Origin: Gemmatimonadota bacterium
GTDB taxonomy: Bacteria; Gemmatimonadota; Gemmatimonadetes; Gemmatimonadales; GWC2-71-9
NCBI GenBank assembly: GCA_025358055.1
Contig: JANYKV010000136.1
Location: forward strand, 316-64,315
Direction of reading: 5' to 3'
DNA length: 64,000 nucleotides
The number at the start of each line of letters is the position of its first letter. Within the stretch, counting starts at the first letter, position 1. A model generated the notes under the pieces. It was not told the DNA's origin. It saw only the letters and a program-made list of their open reading frames with translations, and made no database searches. Positions 26,987-39,694 of this stretch are shown piece after piece. The translations under genes and the position numbers were made by a program.

Positions 26987-28830
26987 TCATTGGCACCGCA
27001 GGCCACATCGATCATGGAAAGTCGACTCTGGTGGCTGCGCTCACCGGGCGCCGCATGGACCGATTGGCGGAGGAGCGCCGGCGGGGAATCACGATCGACT
27101 TGAACTTCGCGCCACTCTTCCTTGAAGGACTGGAGCCGATCGGGATCATCGATGTGCCGGGCCACGAGGACTTTGTCCGCACTATGGTCGCGGGCTCCTC
27201 AGGCATCGATGCCGTGTTGCTCGTGGTGGACGCGCTCGAAGGGCCCATGCCCCAAACCCTCGAGCACCTGGCCATCGTGGAACAGTTGGGCATTCCCTAC
27301 GGCATTCCGGTGGTCACCAAAGCGGACCTGGCCGACCCCGAATGGGTGGCGCTGGTGAGTTCGGAACTCGAAGATCAGCTCGGCGGTTCGTCGGTCGCCT
27401 TCGGCCCGCCTGTTGTGGTGTCTGCCACCACTGGCCTAGGCCTCGATACGCTCCGAGAGCGCATTCGGTCGCTCCACGGGCTCATCCCTCCCCGCGATGC
27501 TCAAGATGCCTTCCGCCTTCCGGTCGACCGCGCCTTCTCGGTAGCGGGGACCGGAACGGTGGTGACCGGGACGGCATGGTCCGGCGCGGTGAGCGTCGGT
27601 GACCACGTTCGCGTGTTGCCCTCCGACCAACTCGGTCGAGTGCGAAGCATTGAGATCCATAGTGAAAAAGTGGATCGCAGCGTTGCGGGTGCACGTCTAG
27701 CGTTGGGGCTTGCTGGGGTAGAGCGGGTCGAGCTTCATCGTGGCGATGTCGTGTTGACCGACCACATCCCCTGGCAAGCCACCAGCGCCATCGACGCTGC
27801 GGTACATCTGCTTGCCGGCGCGTCGAGGCCGCTCGTGTCACGCACTCGGGTTCGGGTGCATGTCGGCACCGCTGAGTTGATGGGGCGGATCCGTGTATCC
27901 TCGCCTATCGCGCCGGGGGAGAGCGGCATTGCCCGGATTTCCTTCGAGCGCCCCACGGTTGTGCGCGGGGGAGACCGGTTCGTGTTGCGGAGCTATTCTC
28001 CCGTCGCCACGATCGGTGGGGGGCTCACGCTCGATCCAATTCCGCCGCGCCGGGAACGAAAATCGATGATCTCGCTCCCGCCACCGCTGGAGGGGGCCCA
28101 AAGACTTCGTATGCTGGTTATGCGCCGCGCCCTCGGCGTTGCGGTGAAGGATCTCACGGTTCTCGCTGGTTTGCCGAGTGCTGTGATCGACCGATTGATT
28201 CGAGAAGATTCGAGTCTCGACCGGATCGAGGAGTGGGTGATCGGTGGGACTCGCGTTGAGGAGCTTGGCCGGCGAACGTTGTCGCAAGTGACGGCGTTCC
28301 ACGCCTCGTCGCCCGGAGAGGCCGGACTCTCTCTCGGTACTTTGCGTGAGCAGCTCCGGGTTCCACCTCGGCTCGCCGACGCGATCATCCAACGTCTAGT
28401 AGACCGCACTGAGCTTCGAGTGGCGGATGGAATCGCTGCCCTGAACACATTCAAGCCGGTGCTCGTCATCGGTGATGCGGAGCTGGATGTGGTTGCCGAG
28501 CTGCTCGCGCGTGCCGGACTCGAGCCCCCGTCGGTGTCCGAGCTTCGGATCGTGGTCGGTCGTGAGGATCTGCCCGCGATTCTCAAGTTGGGGGTGAGCC
28601 GAGGCTTGGTGGTGGCAGTGGAGCGTGATCGATACTTCCACAGATCCGCGTTGGCGCGCTTCACGGCTATCGTGCAAGAGATCGGGACGGCGGGTGTCAT
28701 CACGCCCGGAGCGATTCGCGACCGGTTGGGTTTGAGTCGAAAATTCCTCATACCTCTCCTCGAATGGGCCGATCGGGACGGCCTGACGCGCCGGGAAAGG
28801 GAGGGCAGGGTTCTGCTTCGAAAGCATTGA
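26983..28830 (+). CDS. selB: Selenocysteine-specific translation elongation factor
   Basis: 615 aa. The GTPase motifs are GTAGHIDHGKST, DVPGHEDF and TKADL. The long C-terminal winged-helix extension ends in ...LLEWADRDGLTRREREGRVL. ATGA overlap with recO. Confidence 0.9.
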   Translation: MIIGTAGHIDHGKSTLVAALTGRRMDRLAEERRRGITIDLNFAPLFLEGLEPIGIIDVPGHEDFVRTMVAGSSGIDAVLLVVDALEGPMPQTLEHLAIVEQLGIPYGIPVVTKADLADPEWVALVSSELEDQLGGSSVAFGPPVVVSATTGLGLDTLRERIRSLHGLIPPRDAQDAFRLPVDRAFSVAGTGTVVTGTAWSGAVSVGDHVRVLPSDQLGRVRSIEIHSEKVDRSVAGARLALGLAGVERVELHRGDVVLTDHIPWQATSAIDAAVHLLAGASRPLVSRTRVRVHVGTAELMGRIRVSSPIAPGESGIARISFERPTVVRGGDRFVLRSYSPVATIGGGLTLDPIPPRRERKSMISLPPPLEGAQRLRMLVMRRALGVAVKDLTVLAGLPSAVIDRLIREDSSLDRIEEWVIGGTRVEELGRRTLSQVTAFHASSPGEAGLSLGTLREQLRVPPRLADAIIQRLVDRTELRVADGIAALNTFKPVLVIGDAELDVVAELLARAGLEPPSVSELRIVVGREDLPAILKLGVSRGLVVAVERDRYFHRSALARFTAIVQEIGTAGVITPGAIRDRLGLSRKFLIPLLEWADRDGLTRREREGRVLLRKH

Positions 28831-29000
28831 TAGAAAATGAGTTGGGCTAGCTTCATGGCTCGCGTACCTGTCATTTAGGCAGATCGGGGCGGGTACATCT
28901 CTTGCCCCCAAGCTGATGGTCCTCAATTGATGCATCGCGCAACCGAAACGACGGCCGAGCGTCGGCGGTCGCACTCTTTGCCGTCCAAAGGACTCCGCCA

Positions 29001-31628
29001 ATGATTCGCCCAGATCGTTTGACGATCAAGGCTCAAGAGGCGTTTCGCGACGCCGCCCAGTTAGCGAGTCAGCGGGGAAATCCCGTGGTGAATGATGGAC
29101 ACTTGTTCGGGGCGCTCCTGGCCCAGGACGAGGGCGTGGTCCAACCGCTCCTCCAGAAAGCGGGCCTCAATATCACCGCCATTCGGGAAGCGAATGATCG
29201 TGAAATTGCGAAATTCCCAGTGCAAGAAGGGACCGCCGCCGAGCCCACCTATAGCCGTGAGCTGCACCGAGTCTTCGATCGGGCCGAGAAGGAAGCCAAG
29301 ACTCTGGGCGACGCCTATGTGTCCACCGAACACTTGTTGGTGGCGTTGGTGGACGAGAAAGGGACGACAGCGCGCTCGTTGTTGAGCGCGGAGAATTTGA
29401 CGGCCAACGATTTACGCACCGCGCTGTCGGCCATTCGCGGCGCGCACCGAGTCACGGACCAGTCTCCGGAGGAGAAGTATCAGGCGCTCGAGCGTTACAC
29501 CAGGAATCTGACCGATCAAGCTCGAGCTGGAAAGCTCGACCCGGTGATCGGCCGGGACGAAGAAGTGCGGCGCGTGATGCAGGTGCTCTCCCGACGGACG
29601 AAAAACAATCCGGTCTTGATTGGCGAGCCTGGTGTCGGAAAGACCGCGATCGTCGAAGGACTGGCGCAACGCATTGTGCAAGGCGACGTGCCCGAGTCGC
29701 TGCGCAACAAGGAAATCATCTCGCTCGACATGGGCCAGTTGTTGGCGGGCGCAAAGTATCGGTGCGAATTCGAGGAGCGGCTCAAGGCCGTCGTCAAAGA
29801 GCTCACTGACGCGGAGGGTCGCTACATCGTCTTCATCGACGAACTGCATACCATCGTGGGCGCCGGTGCGGCGGAAGGCGCGGTGGATGCCAGCAATATG
29901 CTCAAGCCTGCGCTTGCGCGCGGTGAGCTGCACGTAGTCGGCGCGACCACGCTCGACGAGTATCGCAAACACGTCGAAAAGGACCCAGCACTGGAGCGAC
30001 GATTCCAGCCCGTGTTGGTTGGGGCACCCAGTGTTGCGGATACGATCGCCATCCTCCGGGGCCTCAAAGAGAAGTACGAAGTCCATCATGGCATCCGGAT
30101 CACCGACAATGCGCTGGTAGCGGCGGCGACGCTCAGCGATCGTTATATCGGCGACCGATTTCTGCCGGATAAGGCCATTGATCTCGTCGACGAGGCGGCG
30201 AGCCGTTTGCGCATCGAGATCGATAGCTTGCCGCAAGAGATCGACGAGGTCGAGCGGAAGATCGTTCAGCTGGAAATCCAACGGCAGGCGCTGCTCAAGG
30301 ACAAAGACAGAACCGCCCAGGAGCGGCGCGAGGCGGTGGAGCAGGAGATTGCTGAACTCCGCGAGCGAAGCGGCGGCATGAAAGCCCAGTGGCAGTCCGA
30401 GAAGAGCGCTATCCAGGCAATCCAAGCCAAGAAGGCTGAGATCGAGGGGCTCCGGGGCGAGGTGGACCAGGTGACCCGCCGGGGGGATTTGCAGAAGGCG
30501 GCGGAACTGAGCTATGGGCGGATTCCCGAGGCAGATCGCGCCTTAGCGGCCGACGAGGCAAAACTCGCGCAGATTCAGTCCAAGGTCAAATATCTCAAAG
30601 AAGAGGTCGATGCCGAAGACATCGCGGAGATCGTGGCCCGGTGGACCGGCATTCCGGTGTCGAAGATGTTGGAGTCCGAGCGCGAGCGATTGACCAAGTT
30701 GGAGGCGGAGTTGGGCGAACGAGTAGTGGGCCAGGTGGAAGCGGTGGCCGCTATCGCCAACGCAGTGCGCCGCAGCCGGGCCGGACTTCAGGATCCCAAT
30801 CGCCCAACTGGTTCGTTCATTTTTCTCGGGCCGACCGGCGTGGGCAAGACGGAAACCGCGCGGGCCCTCGCTGACTTTCTCTTCGACGATGAGCGGGCCA
30901 TGGTTCGGCTCGACATGTCCGAGTACATGGAGAAACATTCAGTGGCGCGCATGATTGGGGCGCCTCCAGGCTACGTGGGGTACGAGGAGGGTGGCCAGCT
31001 CACCGAAGCCGTGCGCCGCCGGCCGTACAGTGTGGTGCTGTTCGACGAAATTGAGAAGGCCCACCCCGACGTGTTCAATGTGTTGCTCCAGATTCTGGAC
31101 GACGGCCGCCTCACCGATAGCCAGGGGCGGGTCGTGGATTTTCGAAACACGGTCCTCATTCTCACCTCGAACATCGGCAGCCAGTACATCGTCGAAACCG
31201 GGGCGGTAGAAACCGACGCGGAATGGCAAGCCATAGAGGATCGGGTTCGGTCCGATCTCCGCCAGCATTTCCGACCCGAATTCTTGAATCGGGTGGATGA
31301 CATCGTCGTGTTCCGTCCGCTCTCTCGCGACCATATCGCACGAATTGTTGTCCTCCAGCTCGTACGAGTCCAAAAGCTGATGGCCGACCGACATCTCACA
31401 CTCGAGCTGACCTCGGAGGCGAAAGACCTGCTCGCCAACCTCGGCTACGACCCGGTGTACGGTGCGCGGCCCCTGAAGCGGGCAATTCAGCGGCTCTTAC
31501 AGAATCCGCTCGCGCTCGAAGTGCTAGCGGGCACCTACCACGACGGCGATACCATCCGGGCCGAACGAGACGGGGACCACCTGCGGTTCACCCGACACCC
31601 CGCCCAACCCGAGTCACGGAGTGCTTAG
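29001..31628 (+). CDS. clpB: ATP-dependent chaperone ClpB
   Basis: 875 aa with two AAA+ modules (GEPGVGKTA; GPTGVGKTE) and a long coiled-coil middle domain. Confidence 0.97.
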   Translation: MIRPDRLTIKAQEAFRDAAQLASQRGNPVVNDGHLFGALLAQDEGVVQPLLQKAGLNITAIREANDREIAKFPVQEGTAAEPTYSRELHRVFDRAEKEAKTLGDAYVSTEHLLVALVDEKGTTARSLLSAENLTANDLRTALSAIRGAHRVTDQSPEEKYQALERYTRNLTDQARAGKLDPVIGRDEEVRRVMQVLSRRTKNNPVLIGEPGVGKTAIVEGLAQRIVQGDVPESLRNKEIISLDMGQLLAGAKYRCEFEERLKAVVKELTDAEGRYIVFIDELHTIVGAGAAEGAVDASNMLKPALARGELHVVGATTLDEYRKHVEKDPALERRFQPVLVGAPSVADTIAILRGLKEKYEVHHGIRITDNALVAAATLSDRYIGDRFLPDKAIDLVDEAASRLRIEIDSLPQEIDEVERKIVQLEIQRQALLKDKDRTAQERREAVEQEIAELRERSGGMKAQWQSEKSAIQAIQAKKAEIEGLRGEVDQVTRRGDLQKAAELSYGRIPEADRALAADEAKLAQIQSKVKYLKEEVDAEDIAEIVARWTGIPVSKMLESERERLTKLEAELGERVVGQVEAVAAIANAVRRSRAGLQDPNRPTGSFIFLGPTGVGKTETARALADFLFDDERAMVRLDMSEYMEKHSVARMIGAPPGYVGYEEGGQLTEAVRRRPYSVVLFDEIEKAHPDVFNVLLQILDDGRLTDSQGRVVDFRNTVLILTSNIGSQYIVETGAVETDAEWQAIEDRVRSDLRQHFRPEFLNRVDDIVVFRPLSRDHIARIVVLQLVRVQKLMADRHLTLELTSEAKDLLANLGYDPVYGARPLKRAIQRLLQNPLALEVLAGTYHDGDTIRAERDGDHLRFTRHPAQPESRSA

Positions 31629-32091
31629 CCTGAGCGTGGAGGATCGGGAAGGTCTCGGGGCGGCGTTGCAAGAGGCGCATGAGGCGGCGGTAGCCGGGGA
31701 AGTCCCGGTCGGGGCGGTGATCCGCCGCGGGAACCAGCTCGTGGCCCGGGGCCAGAACGAGATGATCCGCCGCCACGATCCCACGGCCCACGCGGAGGTC
31801 CTCGCCATTCGCTCGGCGCTCGAACGCACCGGAGGGGCGCGCCTCACCGATGCCACCTTATATGTGACGCTTGAGCCATGCGCCCAATGTGCGGGGGCAA
31901 TCGTCCTCGCCCGGGTCGGGCGCGTCGTGTTCGGGGCGTGGGACCCGAAGGCCGGCATGTCGGGCTCGATTCATGACATCCTTCGTCATCCGAAGCTCAA
32001 TCATGGTGTAGAGGTGCTCGGTGGGGTGATGGCCGAGGAGTGTGGGGCAATGCTCCAAGCGTTCTTTCGGGAGCGCCGGGGCCCTGAGTGA
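31621..32091 (+). CDS. tadA: tRNA adenosine(34) deaminase
   Basis: CDA zinc motifs [10 protein letters not shown] and PCAQCAGA are present. The GTG 31621 start overlaps the clpB stop; GTG 31636 is an alternative. Confidence 0.85.
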   Translation: MLSLSVEDREGLGAALQEAHEAAVAGEVPVGAVIRRGNQLVARGQNEMIRRHDPTAHAEVLAIRSALERTGGARLTDATLYVTLEPCAQCAGAIVLARVGRVVFGAWDPKAGMSGSIHDILRHPKLNHGVEVLGGVMAEECGAMLQAFFRERRGPE

Positions 32092-32146
32092 TGTCCGAAC
32101 TCCCCTTGTTCAACCCTTACTCCGATATCATCTTACGGCGCGCGTT

Positions 32147-32233
32147 GGACAGGTGTCCGAGTGGCTGAAGGAGCCGGTCTCGAAAACCGGTGTACCGGCA
32201 ACGGTATCGTGGGTTCGAATCCCACCCTGTCCG
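32147..32233 (+). tRNA. tRNA-Ser (anticodon CGA)
   Basis: Folded by hand: acceptor GGACAGG/CCTGTCC, anticodon stem CCGGT/ACCGG with loop CTCGAAA, a long variable arm, and T-arm GTGGG-TTCGAAT-CCCAC. CCA is not encoded. Confidence 0.9.
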
Positions 32234-32716
32234 CTTCGTAGCATTCACCTCCAGGTCGTGGGTTCAGCGACACCGTCGCGTTTGCATGAATTCGAAACGT
32301 ACCGGACGCGACCCTCGGCGATTTAGTCCCCTGAGTGTTGATGGCGCGCACACCCTACCGACGCTGAGACTCGCCTGTATGGTCGCCACATTTGCTCCTC
32401 CTTCCCTTTTACCGCCGATAGAGCCAACCTACAGAACTTCCGAACACCGAAGCTGATCGGGAAGAGGGTCCGCCCGGTGTCCGATGAATCCTCGTGGCAT
32501 GAACCAGAAATCGCAGAGTTTGTTCGGTTGACATGAATATTGTCTCGCCCAGCAACGTGCCACCGAGCCATTGAGGCGATATGCCAGCTTCGTACATGTA
32601 TCAGCGGGCGTGGGGGCGTTTGACGCTTTCCTTTGCTCACGGCGACGGTCTCGCTCACGTCACGAAAATGTACCTTTGGTTGAAGCGTTAATCCGTTCGA
32701 CTGACTCGGAGTCAGC

Positions 32717-33322
32717 ATGGGGTACGTTGACAAACATCTACTGCAGGGCGAACGGGTTGTCTATCGCGCGAAAGTGCATTGGATCATTTTCGTCCCATCG
32801 GTCGTGTTCGTTGCCCTGGGCTCGGCCGTCGCTCCATTTCTCCGAGAGTATTGGTGGGCCGGGGCCGCCATTGCTGCGCTGGGCCTGTTGTCCGCGATCG
32901 GTCCGTACACGCGCTACGCGACGTCGGAATTTGCGGTCACCGACAAACGAGTCCTTGCGAAAACCGGTTGGCTCCGCCGCGATTCCATCGAGACGTTGTT
33001 GAGCAAAATCGAAGCAATCGAGGTGGACCAAGATTTCGCGGGACGCTTTCTCGGCTACGGCACGATTACGGTGATCGGGACGGGTGGCACCCACGAGCCG
33101 ATTCCGTTGATCCGGTCGCCATTTGAATTCCGCCGTCAAGTGCAGGGGCAGATCGTTGCCTACGATGAAACGGTGGGACAACGTGGAGTGGTCGGTGCCG
33201 GGTCCGCGAGTTCGCGTGACGAGCGGGAGTGCCCTTTCTGCGCTGAGCTGATTCTGGCGAAGGCGCGCGTCTGCAAACACTGCGGGCGGGATGTTCTGCC
33301 GGCCAGGGAGCCCGCCCCATGA
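32717..33322 (+). CDS. Membrane protein with bacterial PH domain (bPH_2/YdbT-like) and C-terminal zinc ribbon
   Basis: There are two N-terminal TM helices. The bPH_2-like block is EFAVTDKRVLAKTGWLRRDSIETLLSKIEAIEVDQDFAGRFLGYGTI. The C-terminal CPFC...CKHC motif forms the zinc ribbon. Confidence 0.75.
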   Translation: MGYVDKHLLQGERVVYRAKVHWIIFVPSVVFVALGSAVAPFLREYWWAGAAIAALGLLSAIGPYTRYATSEFAVTDKRVLAKTGWLRRDSIETLLSKIEAIEVDQDFAGRFLGYGTITVIGTGGTHEPIPLIRSPFEFRRQVQGQIVAYDETVGQRGVVGAGSASSRDERECPFCAELILAKARVCKHCGRDVLPAREPAP

Positions 33323-33510
33323 TGCTGATCGCGTGGCTATTGGTGGCCAGTCCCGCGCTCGAAGATTGCCTGAGTACGGGATTTTGCCGTCAGAGCGACC
33401 TCGAGCCGGGACCATTCTCCGGGCTGAGGTTCGTCGCGACCGGCCTGCTGATGTTCGGGGTGATGGGGCTCTGGTCCGGCCGTCGATCGTCGCGGCGATC
33501 CGAAACTTGA
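33319..33510 (+). CDS. Small hypothetical membrane protein (63 aa)
   Basis: ATGA overlap with the upstream gene. There are two hydrophobic segments, and a strong terminator lies 44 nt downstream. No family recognised. Confidence 0.45.
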   Translation: MMLIAWLLVASPALEDCLSTGFCRQSDLEPGPFSGLRFVATGLLMFGVMGLWSGRRSSRRSET

Positions 33511-33553
33511 GGTGGGGTCGGGAATTGACATTCGTGCCCAATGGAGTTTTCTA

Positions 33554-33590
33554 CCGGTGACGGTTGAGCCAATCCGTCGCCGGTTTTTTT
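33554..33590 (+). terminator. Rho-independent terminator
   Basis: A 10-bp stem CCGGTGACGG / CCGTCGCCGG (one G:U pair) has a 10-nt loop and is followed by T7 (33584..33590). Confidence 0.8.
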
Positions 33591-33654
33591 GCACCTGCGT
33601 GCCGAATCACGATCCGAAATGTCCTGATGCGGGTGCCCTCGTTTCCGAGACATC

Positions 33655-36369
<2,715 letters not shown>

Positions 36370-36400
36370 TCGACTTTCTCACCCAATCGCCGAGTGTGCC

Positions 36401-38386
36401 ATGAAACGTTTCAGGCCCTTCCGGTTCCTGCTCGGCGCCGCGCTCCTCGGGCCGCTGCAGGGACTCCACGCGCAGGCCGACGGACCCCCAGCGCGGGTCC
36501 AGGTGGATCCGAGCCAAATCACCCTTGACGTTGGAGGTTCGGCGAGACTCAAAGCCGTGGCCTACGATGCGAGCGGTCGAGCGGTCACCACCCCTATCGG
36601 TTGGTTCTCTACGTCACGGCGGTCGGTTGAGGTCGACTCGACGGGGGCAGTCAAGGCCCACGCAGCGGGGCAATTCAAGATCGTGGCGGTGGCCGTAGGT
36701 GCTTCCGCTCGAGCCGAAGTCACCGTCACGGTGCGATGGCCGGCGATCAAGGGCGTCAGCATTCTCGATGGCCCCCACAAGATGTACGTGGGGACGACGG
36801 TCCGGCACCAAGCGATCGTCAAAGACGCGGCCGGCCTGGAACGTCACGATTCCCCGGTGAAGTGGTCCTCGGACAATGAAGGCGTCTTGAGCGTGGATCG
36901 CTTTGGCGATGTGACGCCGCTCCGTGCTGGGGTTGGGCAACTCCTGGCGTCGTCGGGCGGAATGAGCACGAGTCGGCGTATCACCATCGTGGCCAACCCG
37001 GCCCGGACGGTCATCCTGACCGCTTCTATGGATTCAGCCCGGACGGGGGATGTCGTCCATTTCACCGCCGTCGCGAAAGATGCCGCGGGCAATACGATCG
37101 CGGACATGCCGATCACATTCTCGGTGAAGGCGGCAGTTGAGGATACCGTGATCGCGTCGGAAGCCTCGGCCCTCATCGAGCAGGATGGACGTTTCGTCGC
37201 ACAGCGCGCGGGTGACTTTACGGTCATAGCGACGGCCGGCCATTTGGCCGCTCGAAAATCGGTGGCGATCGGGCACCGCTACGTGAGTCTTCGGCTCGAG
37301 GATGCGAAGGGGGAAGGGCGGGTCAAGGATGTCCACACATCGGATATCTGGGTCTGGTCGGGCAAAGATGGCAGGGACTACGCCCTAACGGGCACCTGGG
37401 GCGCCGGCGGAGCTACTTATTTCTGGGATGTTACCGATCCGGCCAATCCGGTCATGACCGACAGCCTGGTGGTGGATGCGCGTACGACAAATGACGTGAA
37501 GGTCGATGAAGAGCGGGGGATTTGTATCATCACCCGAGAAGGCGCTTCCAACCGGAAGAACGGGTTCATCGTTGTCGACTGTTCCGATCCGCGCCATGTG
37601 AAGATCTTGTCCAGCTACGATGATGGCCTCTGGGGCGGCGTCCACAACACCTTCGTGTGGAACAAACATGTGTTCGCCATCAACGCCGGCCGCCGGTTCG
37701 ACATCATTTCGATCGAAGACCCGTCGCATCCGAAGCGGGTCGGGTTTTTTGAATTGGATACCCCCGGCCATGGCATCCATGACGTCTGGGTGGTGAACGG
37801 GATCGCGTATGCCTCGCAGTGGCAAGACGGCGTCATCTTGGTGGACGTTGGAAATGGCATCGCCGGAGGCAGCCTCAGTCACCCCGTGCAGATCAGCAGC
37901 TACAAATACCCGATTGGGGCCACCCACTCGGCCTTCCCATATCGGAACAAGACGAATGGCAAGTTCTATGTCTTCGTGGGGGATGAGCAGTTTCCGTATG
38001 GATCGAAGGACCGCGGCGTCGAGGAGGCGGGAGGGTACATTCACATTGTTGACTTCACGGATATCAAGAATCCCAAGGAGGTCGGCCGGTACCAGATTCC
38101 GGAGGCGGGCCCCCACAACTTCTGGATCGAAAATGACACGATGTATGTGGCGTATTACAACGCGGGGCTCCGAGTTGTGGATGTTTCGGGCGAGTTGATG
38201 GGCAATCTCTATGACCAGGGTCGGGAGCTGGCACGCTTCAAAGCATTCGATCCCAACGGCTTTGTGCCGAATGCGCCGATGGCGTGGGGTCCGCAGCCGC
38301 ACAAAGGGCACATTTTCTTCAGCGACCACAACTCGGGCCTCTGGGCGGTCAAATTGCCCGAACGTCCGCGACCGACGGTCCCGTGA
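36401..38386 (+). CDS. Secreted protein with Ig-like (Big_2-type) domains and a LVIVD-like beta-propeller region
   Basis: 661 aa with signal peptide MKRFRPFRFLLGAALLGPLQGLHAQ. The N-terminal third has repeated Big_2-like modules (…VDSTGAVKAHAAGQFKIVA…, …VDRFGDVTPLRAGVGQLLA…). The C-terminal part has propeller-like repeats. The family call is tentative. Confidence 0.7.
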   Translation: MKRFRPFRFLLGAALLGPLQGLHAQADGPPARVQVDPSQITLDVGGSARLKAVAYDASGRAVTTPIGWFSTSRRSVEVDSTGAVKAHAAGQFKIVAVAVGASARAEVTVTVRWPAIKGVSILDGPHKMYVGTTVRHQAIVKDAAGLERHDSPVKWSSDNEGVLSVDRFGDVTPLRAGVGQLLASSGGMSTSRRITIVANPARTVILTASMDSARTGDVVHFTAVAKDAAGNTIADMPITFSVKAAVEDTVIASEASALIEQDGRFVAQRAGDFTVIATAGHLAARKSVAIGHRYVSLRLEDAKGEGRVKDVHTSDIWVWSGKDGRDYALTGTWGAGGATYFWDVTDPANPVMTDSLVVDARTTNDVKVDEERGICIITREGASNRKNGFIVVDCSDPRHVKILSSYDDGLWGGVHNTFVWNKHVFAINAGRRFDIISIEDPSHPKRVGFFELDTPGHGIHDVWVVNGIAYASQWQDGVILVDVGNGIAGGSLSHPVQISSYKYPIGATHSAFPYRNKTNGKFYVFVGDEQFPYGSKDRGVEEAGGYIHIVDFTDIKNPKEVGRYQIPEAGPHNFWIENDTMYVAYYNAGLRVVDVSGELMGNLYDQGRELARFKAFDPNGFVPNAPMAWGPQPHKGHIFFSDHNSGLWAVKLPERPRPTVP

Positions 38387-38398
38387 CCTCGTGAGGGA

Positions 38399-39532
38399 AT
38401 GATGCTCAGTCTCATGCTCCTGGCGATGTTGCACGGCCCAGGTCCGGTATACCGTATCCTCGCCACCGCCGAGTCCGACGATCAAGTGGTCTTGATCGAG
38501 TTCACACCATGCACGGCGCCGAACACACCGATTGGGTGTGGAGCCAAAGTGGTGCGCACCTATGTAGTCGGGATCTACGCGACTGAAAACGAAGGACCCC
38601 ACGGCGTCGTCCTCGCTCCGGACGGCAAATCCTTTTTCGTCTCCCTGGCCCATGGACGGCCGTTCGGTTACTTGCAGCGGATCGACATGGAATCTGGAAA
38701 GCCAATTGGCCTGGTCCAGTTGGGGATGTTTCCCGCGACCGTGGACCTCGGTGCCGGCGGCTTGATCTACGTGATCAATTTCAATTTCGAAGACCCGGAA
38801 ATGCAACCTTCAACGCTCTCAGTCGTCGAGGGAACCTCGATGACCGAGATTGCGCGCACTACGACGTGCCGGATGCCCCATGGGAGCCGGTTGAATCCAC
38901 AGGGAACGAGGCATTACTCGGGATGCATGATGAACGATCTTCTGGTGGAGGTCGACACCCGGACCTTCACCGTCGCTCGGAAGTTCAATCTGGTGGCTGG
39001 AAAGGAAGGCGCGGTGGCGGTGGCCGCGGCGGACCAGGAACCGTCGCGCGAGGCTATGGCGAACATGAGCCACGGTGATCACACGACGGAGTCCGTCTCG
39101 AATACCTGCTCGCCGACGTGGGCGCAACCTTCGGTGGATGGGAACAAAGTGTATGTGGCCTGCAACCGCTCGAATGAAATCGTTGAGGTGGATGTCGGGT
39201 CCTGGAAAATGACACGACGCTGGAAGACGCCGCCCGCGCCGTATAACCTCGCTACGTCACCGGACGGAAAACTGTTGGTGGTAACGCAGAAGGGACCGGG
39301 TACGACTTCGATCTGGCGGCTCAGTGACGCGATGAAGCTGGCTGAAATTCCGGGGACCCGAAAGGTCGCGAGTGGTGTGGCGGTAAGCGCCGATTCGCGG
39401 TTTGCCTTCGTCACTCTGGAAGGCATCGGCGGACAGCCGGGCACTGTGGACGTGATTGACCTGACACTGCTGCAGAAGGTCGGGACTGTGGACATCGGGA
39501 AACAAGCGGGAGGAATTACGGTCTTACCGTGA
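38399..39532 (+). CDS. YVTN-family beta-propeller repeat protein
   Basis: 377 aa with repeats such as PDGKSFFVSLAHG, DGNKVYVACNRSNEIVEVDV, PDGKLLVVTQKG and ADSRFAFVTLEG. Confidence 0.7.
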   Translation: MMLSLMLLAMLHGPGPVYRILATAESDDQVVLIEFTPCTAPNTPIGCGAKVVRTYVVGIYATENEGPHGVVLAPDGKSFFVSLAHGRPFGYLQRIDMESGKPIGLVQLGMFPATVDLGAGGLIYVINFNFEDPEMQPSTLSVVEGTSMTEIARTTTCRMPHGSRLNPQGTRHYSGCMMNDLLVEVDTRTFTVARKFNLVAGKEGAVAVAAADQEPSREAMANMSHGDHTTESVSNTCSPTWAQPSVDGNKVYVACNRSNEIVEVDVGSWKMTRRWKTPPAPYNLATSPDGKLLVVTQKGPGTTSIWRLSDAMKLAEIPGTRKVASGVAVSADSRFAFVTLEGIGGQPGTVDVIDLTLLQKVGTVDIGKQAGGITVLP

Positions 39533-39566
39533 GCGCTGGTCGGGCCAACCGGCGTGACGGCGCTCG

Positions 39567-39595
39567 TTGACGAGGCTGGATTGGCTTGGTAATTT
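39567..39595 (+). promoter_or_regulatory. Sigma70-like promoter candidate for tRNA-Ser(GGA)
   Basis: TTGACG-N17-TAATTT, with the -10 element ending 11 nt before the mature tRNA 5' end. The promoter consensus for this lineage is unknown to me. Confidence 0.35.
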
Positions 39596-39606
39596 GCCCG
39601 CCCCAA

Positions 39607-39694
39607 GGACGGATGGCCGAGTGGTTTAAGGCGCACGCCTGGAGAGCGTGTATACCTCAAAAGGGTATCGAGGGTTCGAATCCCTCTCTGTCCG
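39607..39694 (+). tRNA. tRNA-Ser (anticodon GGA)
   Basis: Folded by hand: acceptor GGACGGA/TCTGTCC (one G:U), anticodon stem CACGC/GCGTG with loop CTGGAGA, a long variable arm, and T-arm GAGGG-TTCGAAT-CCCTC. Confidence 0.9.

Noticed and set aside
28831-29000. Heat-shock operator or promoter upstream of clpB (CIRCE, HAIR, sigma32-type).
   Set aside because: There is no TTAGCACTC-N9-GAGTGCTAA or CTTGAGT-N7-ACTCAAG element. Only a trivial CTTG-CCCC-CAAG palindrome is present. Nothing here can be supported.
32147-32233. I considered whether either tRNA in the window (32147..32233 or 39607..39694) could be tRNA-Sec (selC), given the nearby selB.
   Set aside because: The hand-folded anticodon loops read CGA and GGA, not UCA. 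The acceptor stems are the normal 7 bp. Both are ordinary long-variable-arm tRNA-Ser genes.
32323-32733. 136-aa minus-strand ORF in the AT-rich gap after tRNA-Ser(CGA).
   Set aside because: It has no motif, no obvious RBS and atypical composition, and it overlaps the start of the downstream + strand gene. I kept it only as a possibility under the gap finding.
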